Assembly (NCBI GenBank): GCA_051532055.1
Contig: JAOPTX010000031.1
Coordinates: forward strand, 1-59,294
DNA from: Fibrobacterales bacterium
GTDB lineage: Bacteria > Fibrobacterota > Fibrobacteria > Fibrobacterales > JAOPTW01
Direction of reading: 5' to 3'
Length of the DNA: 59,294 nucleotides
Position numbers and translations under genes: made by a program. The notes below the pieces were generated by a model. It made no database searches. It saw only the letters and a program-made list of their open reading frames with translations, and had not been told where the DNA came from. Below are positions 1 to 9,700 of the stretch, one piece after another. Position 1 is the stretch's first letter. Each line of letters starts with the position of its first letter.

Positions 1-3000
1 AAATCTCCATTAGATACGAGGTCTGTTCCAGCTTCAACAACAGTAACTGTTGCTGTTCCTGACACCGAACCAACACTCTTAGTCAAAGTGTAGGTCCCTG
101 CAGTTTCAGCATTAAAATGTCCATCTTTAATCCAACCACCACCAGTGGTACTATAACTAGGCTGTGCGCCTAAATCTGACGGATTACCAAATTGGTCGTA
201 TGCTTGGTACATAATCTGACCAATCGAACCGACAGCCACTGTCAATGGACTCACTGCAATTGTAGTCAACACCGGTGCTTCAATCACTGAAACCGTTGTA
301 GTACCTCTAATTGTACCAGAGATAGCAGAAATCGTAGACGTTTCCCCAGCTGTTTGTGCGAAAAAATATCCCTGTGAATTCAGAAATCCAGCGTCACTAC
401 TTCCAGCCCATGTTACACTCGTGTTCATTGGCACACCAAATTGATCATATCCTTGTGCAAAAAACCGTTGAGATTCTCCAACATACACTACAGGGTTTAA
501 TGGAGTAACTTCAATTGAGGTAAGAACTGGTGGTTCAACAATAGCAGGCGTTCCGTATACTTCGAATGAATAGAGTGAGTATCCCCATTCTGTAGTCCGC
601 TTTGTACCAAACATTCTCACATAGTGCACATTTTTAGAAGTGATCGTTACATTGTCTATACCACCATTTCCAGAAGTAGTACTATATGCTGTAGTCCAAT
701 AAATTCCATCTTCAGAAACCTGAATTTGATATTGTGCCGCCGCCGCAGTTTCCCAAGAAAGAGTTACACTAGTAAGGTCGTATTTAGATTCAAGATCTAC
801 CATAATCCACTGTGGATCTGAAAAATCTGAAGCCCAACGACTCGCCTCATCGCCATCAACCGCTTTTGAAGAGCTATAGCCATCTTCATTACTTGAAGCC
901 GTTGTTGGTTTGTTACGCGCAACATCAACTGGTGTAGAGGTCACCGTAACCGAAGCTGTAGCTGAATGAGGCCAAGAACTTACGGTTACTTCTGTTGTAG
1001 TACTTGCTGTTGTAGCATAAAAGAGACCTGAGTGAGTGATAGTTCCACCGTTTCCAGTTACCGCCCATGTCATCTCTGCATCTATTGGATCACCATATTG
1101 ATCATATCCTTGTGCATTAAATTGTTGTGTTTCACCAAGCCCAAGAGAAACTACTGATGGCGTAATGGTGATTGATGAAAGCGTGAGTTGAGGAAGTGCA
1201 ATCAATGTTGCAGAAGCCGTTAAGCCGTCTGCCTGTGCTGAAACCACATAGGTGCCATGATAGCTGGGAGTAAATAATCCTTCAGAAGTAACGTACCCGC
1301 CATTAGAAAACCATGTAGGGGCTATTGCAAAAGGGAGACCGTACTGATCAAAGCCTTGAGCAGAGTACTGCTGCTTCTCACCATAATATATTGTTGCAGC
1401 ATCTGGCGTAACCGTAATAGTAGTAAGACGTGCTGGTTCTACAACGTGTGGTACACCAAAGACTTTAAATGAAAAGAGTGAATATCCCCACTCAGTAGTA
1501 CGTTGAGTACCATGCATACGAATATGTGCTACGTTGCTTGCTGATACCGTAATTACATCAGTGCCGCTATTACCATTGTTTTCTGTGTAGATTGTTGTCC
1601 AGCTCGTACCATCAGTTGATGTTTGAAGCGTATATACTTTGGCTGCAGCAGCCTCCCACTCGAGTACAACTTCAGAGACATCAAATGAACCCTGTAGATC
1701 AATCGCAATCCACTGAGGATCTGCAAAGTCAGAAGACCAACGTGAAGCTCCATCACTATCAATTACATGAGATGCAGAATGAATACCTTCAGTACTTGAG
1801 GCAGTCGCTGATTTATTGAGCGCAACATCAGTTGGATCAGGAGATCCCGCTTGTACGGTGATTACATTTTCGATATGATCCATAGCATCACTCATAAGTG
1901 TAAACGTCCCTGTCTCTACTGATGTGTGTTGCGCATCATACGCAATGTCAAAACATACTTCAGATATAGGAGGGATTTCTAATGGCGCTTCTTTAGGAAA
2001 TGAAAAGAGTGGGTTTGTTGAAGCAATAGAACTCACTTGAGTTGGAGATCCACCAGTATTAGAAAAACGTGCAGTACGCGTTTCAATAAAGTTATTTTCC
2101 AAAACTTCAAGCCCAGTGGATGCGTTAACATTACTAACCAGGAGGTCAAGATCTGAGTCATTGTTGAAGTCAGCAACCGCAGTAAAGGTGAGCCCTCCAT
2201 TGACAAGTGGAATTTGTGTAAGAACTTGGTTATTATTTTCTAAATAACTTGAGGTGTTTTTTCCGTGTTCGTCATGATGAAATTGTACAAAATCAAAATC
2301 GCCATCATTATCAAAGTCAGCCATTTCATAATAGAGGCTATACCCTTCAGTAAGATCATGTTTAATAAAAGAGCCATTACTCTGTTCATACCATTTAATA
2401 CCGTAACTATCCTCCCATTGAAAGTAGACAAGGTCTAAATCACCATCATTATCAAAATCAACTGTTTCTGATTTTGATCCACCAAGGTTAGCGATAAGTA
2501 CTCTTTTGGTAAAGGTTACATTGTCTTGACCATTTTCATACCAAACATATTGCGATACACCAAGATCATTGTCACGCTCGTTTCCAACGAAATCTAAAAA
2601 CCCATCATTATTGTAATCTAAAATTTCCATATCAGCAGATGAGCCAGTGAAATATTGGTGTTCAACAAAATTACCAGAACCATCATTTATGAAAATATCC
2701 ATAAGTGGATCTGTATAAAAGTCACTTTTAGCAGTGAGATCGAGGTCGCCGTCGTTATCAAAGTCCATGAGCTTAATATTATTGAGCATATTAGGTCCAT
2801 TCAGATCATGTCGAGTGAAATTAAAATTGCCATCATTCTCAAGCCAAAAAAGTTCATTACCATGCCCTCTGTAACCTGTCTGAGTAATGATATCCATATC
2901 ACCATCACCATCTATATCACCGGCATCCATACCGTAGTACATTCCCATAAATTCATCAAGGATTTTGTGTTCAACCCAACGACCATCACATACATCAGTA

Positions 3001-5561
3001 TTTTCAACCCAATAGAGTGTTGCATAATCTAATTTTCTGTAAGGATCTTCCCAGTTAGATGATGTGAGAAAATCAAGATCACCATCATGATCCATATCAA
3101 CAAGGGTAAATCCACCATCACTACTATCGAGTCCATTTGCAGGGCTAAAAGTAAAATTTGGTTGTGTTGGGTTCGTAACCGTCCCCCAATTGAGATCTGT
3201 TTCTACAGGAGTAAAAAAGTTATCCGCTTCGATCGTTAGGGTTACCGGTATTGTTGATACTTTATTACCTACAGCATTGTGACTCACCGTTATAGATGCA
3301 TTATACACACCACCCAACAAATTTGCACCCGCAAGAGTTACCTGAATTGTCTCTGCATTACCAGAAGCAACGGTAAATTCTTGTGTCGGAAATGAAAGCC
3401 ATGTGTTTTTATCTGCAAAGGCATCACTCAGAGTAAAGATAAGATCACGTGCACCAGGGTTTGAAATAACAACGGGTATCTGAGATGTTTGATCACCTTC
3501 AAGTACCTCAGAAACTTCAACTGGATTGATAACGATTTGTGGCCCAAAGAGTCCTGTTCCAATAAGTTCTGCTGTTATCTCTGATGCATTCTCTGCATCA
3601 CTGAGAATAACAAGCTCATTGAGGTAATTTCTTTCGTCGAGCGGTGCATAGGTTACGGGGATAGTAATTGATGAGCGTGCGCCAACAACCAAAGGTGCCG
3701 CAATATTTGGAGTAAATTCTGAAGAGGTAGCCATGATACTACTTATTGATGTCGCTGCATTACAGGTATTGGATATTCTGATTGTTTGCATGCTGAAATC
3801 GCCAACCCATGTATCAGGAAAGGTAACGCTTTGAGCGTCAAAATCAAGGGTACGACATTCAAGAACGTTCATGGTTATAGGGAGTGTATGGACTGTTTCA
3901 GTACCATCATTGGTAGTGAAGTCGAGAACAGCAGTCCAAGGACCTGCATCTAATTCTGTTGCATCAAGGGTCATAGAAAGAGTTATGCTTTCTCCGGGAG
4001 CAAGGGTTCCATTGCCATTATCAGTAATAGCTACCCATTTAGGGCTCGTATTAATAAGTGATGTATGTGCATTTAATCTTCCACCGGTAACGGTAAGCCC
4101 ATCAAAAGCATCAAGAGGGTCAACTGAAGAAAGTACTATGTTTTTTACTTCTATTGCAGTCAATGTTGGACTTATTGATTTAATGAGACCTGCGACACCA
4201 CTTACGTGAGGAGTTGCCATTGAAGTCCCATTAAACGATCCATAGGTATTATTGCGAAGTGAACTATATATAGAGCTCCCTGGCGCCGCAAGGTCAACTG
4301 AAGTCAAGCCCCATTGTGAAAAATCGGAGCGATGATCATAGCGGTCAGAAGCTGCAACAGAAATGATATTATCTAAATCGTAACTTGATGGATAGTGTGG
4401 GAACCGGTCGTTATCTACATTATCGTTACCTGCAGCTGCTACAAAAAGAGGTCCAGCTGCAATAGCTTCTTCAAGTGCTGGTGCATATCCACCACCACCC
4501 CAAGAGTTATTTGTTAGTGCTGCCCCCATGTCAGTTGCGTAGTTAATTGCCGCAATTGCACCTTCAAGTGATCCTTCATTATCTTTACTAATGAATTTCA
4601 GTGCCATGATTTTAGCGTTCCACATAACACCAGCCACACCAGTATTATTATTCGCTCTACCAGCAATAGTACCCGATACGTGAGTACCGTGATTATGGTC
4701 ATCCATAGGGTCAGCATCTTCATTAAAGAAGTCATAGCCATGAATATCATCAATGTACCCATTGCCATCGTCATCAATGCCATTGCCAGGAATTTCATTA
4801 ACATTAACCCACATGTTGTCTATGAGATCAGGGTGCAGATAATCAACACCAGAATCGATCACACCGATAATTACATTTTCACTACCGGTTGCAATATCCC
4901 ACGCTTCTACAGCGCTAATATCAGCACCTGGCATTCCACCAAGTTGCCCAGTATTATGCATACCCCATAGATTGTCAAAACTCTCATCGTTAGGGATTGC
5001 GTTGAGTGATACCTTCCAGTCTGGATGCACATAATTTACTTGTGGATCTTTCGAAAGCTCTTTGAGCGCTTTCTTGAGCGCGTTTTTGCTTTTGTCTTCG
5101 AGCGTGATTACGTAGGTTTTCTTTGAAATACCACTGAATGCTTTAAACGCTTTGTTCTTCTTTTTGTTAATCTCTTTACTTTTCTTAATCTTGAACTTTG
5201 AAAGTACCGCGGGAAGAGATGATGATGCTCTATACCCTGCAAACTCATTGATCGAGACAAAAAAGCGGCCTTCTACATATTCTTTACCATCTAAATAGTC
5301 TTCGGTAATCTCTGGTTTAGGAACAGAAAGTGCCGCTGTTGCCTGTGCTTGGCTTGCTGGCCTGGTCAGTTGACGTGCGCGATATGAATAGCTCACCGTC
5401 TTGTCGGTTGTATTGGTAAATGTAGTGGTTTTGTCTATGGGTGCATCAAGTGGTGAGAGTGTCCCCTCTAATGATGCAGGGCTAAAGCCAGAAGCAAAAA
5501 CACTGAGTGCGGTAAAAAGCGAGAATGTAGACGCTTTCTTAATGGTTGATTTGATTTTCAA
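1..5561 (-). CDS. Secreted S8 (subtilisin-like) serine peptidase with Ig-like, FG-GAP repeat and two F5/8 type C (discoidin/CBM32-like) domains; 3' end lies outside the window
   Basis: Missing from the ORF track because it runs off the edge. My translation from TTG at 5561 (RBS GGAG) begins MKIKSTIKKASTFSLFTALSVFA. Catalytic motifs VIDSGVD, HGTHVSGTIAG and NGTSMATPHVSG are present. FG-GAP-like DxDxDGDxD repeats lie at about 2150-3110. Two 'NKxATAS...SRWxSDFxDPQWIxxDL...EWGYSL' domains lie at about 560-925 and 1460-1830. The frame is still open at the edge (DLVSNGD). Confidence 0.92.
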   Translation of the reverse strand, partial: MKIKSTIKKASTFSLFTALSVFASGFSPASLEGTLSPLDAPIDKTTTFTNTTDKTVSYSYRARQLTRPASQAQATAALSVPKPEITEDYLDGKEYVEGRFFVSINEFAGYRASSSLPAVLSKFKIKKSKEINKKKNKAFKAFSGISKKTYVITLEDKSKNALKKALKELSKDPQVNYVHPDWKVSLNAIPNDESFDNLWGMHNTGQLGGMPGADISAVEAWDIATGSENVIIGVIDSGVDYLHPDLIDNMWVNVNEIPGNGIDDDGNGYIDDIHGYDFFNEDADPMDDHNHGTHVSGTIAGRANNNTGVAGVMWNAKIMALKFISKDNEGSLEGAIAAINYATDMGAALTNNSWGGGGYAPALEEAIAAGPLFVAAAGNDNVDNDRFPHYPSSYDLDNIISVAASDRYDHRSDFSQWGLTSVDLAAPGSSIYSSLRNNTYGSFNGTSMATPHVSGVAGLIKSISPTLTAIEVKNIVLSSVDPLDAFDGLTVTGGRLNAHTSLINTSPKWVAITDNGNGTLAPGESITLSMTLDATELDAGPWTAVLDFTTNDGTETVHTLPITMNVLECRTLDFDAQSVTFPDTWVGDFSMQTIRISNTCNAATSISSIMATSSEFTPNIAAPLVVGARSSITIPVTYAPLDERNYLNELVILSDAENASEITAELIGTGLFGPQIVINPVEVSEVLEGDQTSQIPVVISNPGARDLIFTLSDAFADKNTWLSFPTQEFTVASGNAETIQVTLAGANLLGGVYNASITVSHNAVGNKVSTIPVTLTIEADNFFTPVETDLNWGTVTNPTQPNFTFSPANGLDSSDGGFTLVDMDHDGDLDFLTSSNWEDPYRKLDYATLYWVENTDVCDGRWVEHKILDEFMGMYYGMDAGDIDGDGDMDIITQTGYRGHGNELFWLENDGNFNFTRHDLNGPNMLNNIKLMDFDNDGDLDLTAKSDFYTDPLMDIFINDGSGNFVEHQYFTGSSADMEILDYNNDGFLDFVGNERDNDLGVSQYVWYENGQDNVTFTKRVLIANLGGSKSETVDFDNDGDLDLVYFQWEDSYGIKWYEQSNGSFIKHDLTEGYSLYYEMADFDNDGDFDFVQFHHDEHGKNTSSYLENNNQVLTQIPLVNGGLTFTAVADFNNDSDLDLLVSNVNASTGLEVLENNFIETRTARFSNTGGSPTQVSSIASTNPLFSFPKEAPLEIPPISEVCFDIAYDAQHTSVETGTFTLMSDAMDHIENVITVQAGSPDPTDVALNKSATASSTEGIHSASHVIDSDGASRWSSDFADPQWIAIDLQGSFDVSEVVLEWEAAAAKVYTLQTSTDGTSWTTIYTENNGNSGTDVITVSASNVAHIRMHGTQRTTEWGYSLFSFKVFGVPHVVEPARLTTITVTPDAATIYYGEKQQYSAQGFDQYGLPFAIAPTWFSNGGYVTSEGLFTPSYHGTYVVSAQADGLTASATLIALPQLTLSSITITPSVVSLGLGETQQFNAQGYDQYGDPIDAEMTWAVTGNGGTITHSGLFYATTASTTTEVTVSSWPHSATASVTVTSTPVDVARNKPTTASSNEDGYSSSKAVDGDEASRWASDFSDPQWIMVDLESKYDLTSVTLSWETAAAAQYQIQVSEDGIYWTTAYSTTSGNGGIDNVTITSKNVHYVRMFGTKRTTEWGYSLYSFEVYGTPAIVEPPVLTSIEVTPLNPVVYVGESQRFFAQGYDQFGVPMNTSVTWAGSSDAGFLNSQGYFFAQTAGETSTISAISGTIRGTTTVSVIEAPVLTTIAVSPLTVAVGSIGQIMYQAYDQFGNPSDLGAQPSYSTTGGGWIKDGHFNAETAGTYTLTKSVGSVSGTATVTVVEAGTDLVSNGD

Positions 5562-6095
5562 ATTATCTCCTATTTTTTAGGGGCATTGGATTGGGTTCTT
5601 TAAGGTGTGGTTATTAAAGAGCCCCCAGACTTGATACCTAAACTGTCCCCGATTGGTATCATGCTGGTCTATATTTTATAGATGCCCGCAATGTAGAAAA
5701 TGCAGATATTTGAAACTGGGGTACCTGGTCATTTGCCCTGTTTCAAAAATAATACCGTTCCGAATGCGTACCGAAAAATTATTTTTCTTTTCACTCCTTT
5801 CTCATTAGACAATATTGAGTAAGCTCTTTACCTGACGGCAACAGGATTCTAATTCATTTTGAGGGCATTAAAGAATTGACCCACGATAAAAAAACAAATA
5901 CAGGCACACTCACGGTAAGCTCAGAGTCTTTTGAGTTTTTTTAGCCCTTGGGAGCCTCCTATTTCTAGGTGCTCATCATGTACCTATTGAAGGTCTCCAT
6001 GATTTAACATTTGTTTAGTCGCCTTGAGAAATAAGAAGAGAAAACTTGCTACTAAACCGACCACTAAATCGGGTGAAGTCCATAGTGACTGAAAT

Positions 6096-6146
6096 AGCTA
6101 GAAAATTCTACTAACGTAACCAGTAGTTTTCTGGGGGGATTACACT
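6096..6146. promoter_or_regulatory. Conserved intergenic element CTACT-N9-AGTRG-N6-GGGRGGATTACAC, copy 1
   Basis: Aligns without gaps to 12996-13045 and 21792-21830. A partial copy lies at 26580-26600. Confidence 0.55.
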
Positions 6147-6202
6147 ACGATTTACTATTTACTCCTTTCAGGCATTTAAAGTATCATTACACGTGTTGCG
6201 CC

Positions 6203-6664
6203 CTATTTTGAAATAACCCATTGTGCTGGCCATGCCCAACTTTCACGAGGAAATTCTCCGTCATACTTAATATATCGAGCGTCTTGCCGTCCAAGAAATT
6301 GATCTTGTTCAAGCGTCCCACCTTTTAATCGAAAATTAAATCGTTCGATTAAACTTGCAGTACTAAAATAGTTATCATACCAACTAATGTTGAAGGTTAC
6401 TTTTTGCAAATATGGACTTCCATACCTATAAATCATACTCTCATCGTCTGTTTCTCTTGGATGATAAAATGCGATAGAATTACTATCTATAACAATAACA
6501 TCGTCAACTCTATTTTCATCATACTTTGTATCATTCACCCATGTAGCAATCCATGTACCATAATAATCTTTTTGAGTTGGTTCAGGCTCTGCCCCAATTA
6601 TTCCGCATGAAACGAGTCCTAATATTACGGTGATTACACCAAAGGTTTTAAATAACAGATCCAT
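6203..6664 (-). CDS. Hypothetical lipoprotein (lipocalin-like GTW motif)
   Basis: 153-aa ORF with a hydrophobic N-terminus, lipobox LVSC and YYGTW motif. Confidence 0.7.
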   Translation of the reverse strand: MDLLFKTFGVITVILGLVSCGIIGAEPEPTQKDYYGTWIATWVNDTKYDENRVDDVIVIDSNSIAFYHPRETDDESMIYRYGSPYLQKVTFNISWYDNYFSTASLIERFNFRLKGGTLEQDQFLGRQDARYIKYDGEFPRESWAWPAQWVISK

Positions 6665-6701
6665 AAGATATCCTAAAGTAAATTAAATAAAAAGTAAGAT
6701 A

Positions 6702-9700
6702 TTATTGGTAAAAGTGAATCACTATTACTCCACTAGGCAAATTGCGAGGTAACTCAATCAAACCCTCCGAAACATCACCAGAGCTAATTAACGAACCATA
6801 CATTGTAAAAATCTTATAGTTTGTTGATACCTCAGGAGCATGCAACGGTTCGAAATCAGCATAAACATTGTTATACAAACGTGTTTGAGTGTATAAATTA
6901 TAATTATCACCATACTCAATCAATAAACGAACATCAGAAGATCCTATAACAGTACTACTTGAAATCACTAGATCTTGTGATGACGAAATATTAATCGGCT
7001 CACCTTGTGAGCTTACTCCATTACTGTTAGAAGAAACAGTACTACTTAATAAAATTGATGATAGTAAAACACTATGTGAAGATATTGTTAGAGTAGAGCT
7101 ACTGTTTGTTTCATCAGAAGATACTGCAACACTACTACTTGAAGCCACTACTTCTTGGGATGACAATACGCTACTCGACTCCCCTTGTGAGCTCTCAGAA
7201 ATACTATCAGATGAAATATTACTACTTGATGAAAGTGAATGTTCTTCTGATGACGATTCTGGTATAGGCTCTACAGTGATCTTCATGGAACTCTTATCTG
7301 ATTCAAGTATTCCATCAAATACTGCAATTGGTATTGTTAAGACCCCTGAGAAGCTTGTGACTGGAGTTACTGTAGCTCCTGATACTGTGTAATCTCCACC
7401 AGAGTCTATTACGATTTTCATATCTGAAATCGGATTATCAACATCTGAAACTGACACCATATCCAGAGTAATAGCAAGACTAGCATTCTCTCGTATAGTT
7501 TGTGGTGTTATTGAAATGATTTTTGGAGCATCATTAACTGCTTTAATTTTAACAGTCATGACTACAGGATCCGAATCAACTAACCCATCTGAAACCACAA
7601 CATTTACCGAAAGATCTGTGGTGTGATTTGATGCGGGTAAAATTGAAGCGATACCCGTTAAACTATAGTTATTACCCGGAAGAACCTTCACACTGAGATC
7701 GCCTTGTGCATTATCTACATCCGTTACGGTGAGCATAGAAAGATTCAATGTGAAGTCAGTATCTTCCTGAGCTTCGGGAACGGTAGTTACAGTTATTACC
7801 GGAGCATCATTAACTGCTTTAATTTTAACAGTCATGACTACAGGATCCGAATCAACTAACCCATCTGAAACCACAACATTTACCGAAAGATCTGTGGTGT
7901 GATTTAAAGATGGAAGTATAGAAGAAGCGCTGGTCACGGTATAGTCATTGCCAGGAAATACTTTGATACTGAGGTCATTCTGATCAGTATCTACATCCGT
8001 CACGGTGAGCATGGAAAGATCAAAGGTAAATTCAGTATCTTCCTGAGCTTCGGGAACGGTGGTTGCAGTTATTACCGGAGCATCATTAGCTGCTTTAATT
8101 TCGACAGTCATGACTACAGGATCCGAATCAACTAACCCATCTGAAACCACAACATTTACCGAAAGATCTGTGGTGTGATTTAAAGATGGAACTATAGATG
8201 AAACACTGGTCATGGTATAGTCATTACCTGGAAGTACTTTGATACTGAGGTCATTCTGATCAGTATCTACATCCGTTACGGTGAGCATGGAAAGATCAAA
8301 GGTAAATTCAGTATCTTCCTGAGCTTCGGGAACCGTAGTTACAGTTATTACCGGAGCATCATTAACTGCTTTAATTTTAACAGTCATAACTACAGGATCC
8401 GAATCAACTAACCCATCTGAAACCACAATATTTACCGAAAGGTCTGTGGTGTGATTTAAAGATGGAGCTATAGAGGAAGCGCTGGTCACGGTATAGTCAT
8501 TACCTGGAAGTACTTTGATACTGAGGTCATTCTGAGCATTATCTATATCCGTTACGGTGAGCATGGAAAGATCGAATGTGAAGTCAGTATCTTCCTGAAC
8601 TTCGGGAACGGTGGTTACGGTTATTACTGGAACATCATTAACTGCTTTAATTTTAACAGTCATAACTACAGGGTCTGAATCAACTAAACCATCTGAAACC
8701 ACAACATTTACCGAAAGGTCTGTGGTGTGATTTAAAGATGGAACTATAGATGAAACACTGGTCACGGTATAGTCATTACCTGGAAGTACTTTGATACTGA
8801 GATCATTCTGATCAGTATCTACATCTGTTACGGTGAGCATGGAAAGATCAAAGGTAAATTCAGTATCTTCCTGAGCTTCGGGAACGGTGGTTGCTGTTAT
8901 TTCCGGAGCATCGTTAACCGCATTAACCGTCACAGTCATAAAGACAGAGGCCGTATAAACGATACCATCAGTTACCCTTAGTTTAACCAACATTTCTCCA
9001 GTAACATTATGATGAGGGGTAATTGTTGTCCCCTCAAATGTATAATTATTTCCTGCTTCTACTTCAAGTGTTAAATTATCGCCATCATCGTCTGATGCAT
9101 CGGTATGCTCAAGAAGAATTTCTAATGAAGTATCTTCGTTAATTTCTTTTTTATCTGCCATAGTAAATGATGGAGGCGTATTCAGTGTTGTGAAGGTTAG
9201 TTCACCTCCATATACTGTATTATTTTTATCTGTAGTTACATATGCCCGGATGTAATAAGTTGTATGAGCCTTTAAGGTGGTAATATTAGAACTAAATGTA
9301 CCAGTGTTAGCAATTGCACCATTATCAGTTGTATCATTAGAAGTTGTTGGATTCGGTACCGTACTCCAACAAAACCCATGGGCTATAATTGAACCAGTAT
9401 TTCCAATGTCAGTAATTGAACCATTCCCGACAACTGTAGTCGCAGAAATTCCAGATACAGACTGAGTTTCAACAATTGGAACGATAGGTGTCACGTTCTC
9501 ATACCATGAGATCTCACTACCTTTATAAAAATCATCAGCCGCAGAGAGTACATCAAGATCACCATCACCATCTATATCTACAGCAATAACCGAGAATGCT
9601 CCAATTGTGGAAGTAGTAATTGTGTGAGTAGTAAAATTTTCATTCCCATCATTCTCATGCCATACTATTTGGTTGTCCGTTGTAGAACCTGATATAATAT

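Noticed and set aside
624..4970. Short ORFs listed in the track over 624-4970 and similar antisense ORFs inside large genes
   Set aside because: They are shadow frames of the long, motif-rich genes in another frame or on the opposite strand.
5700..5760. c-di-GMP-I riboswitch (GGCAAA on the minus strand) upstream of the subtilase
   Set aside because: The GAAA tetraloop and second GCAAA stem could not be found. It is only a simple hairpin.
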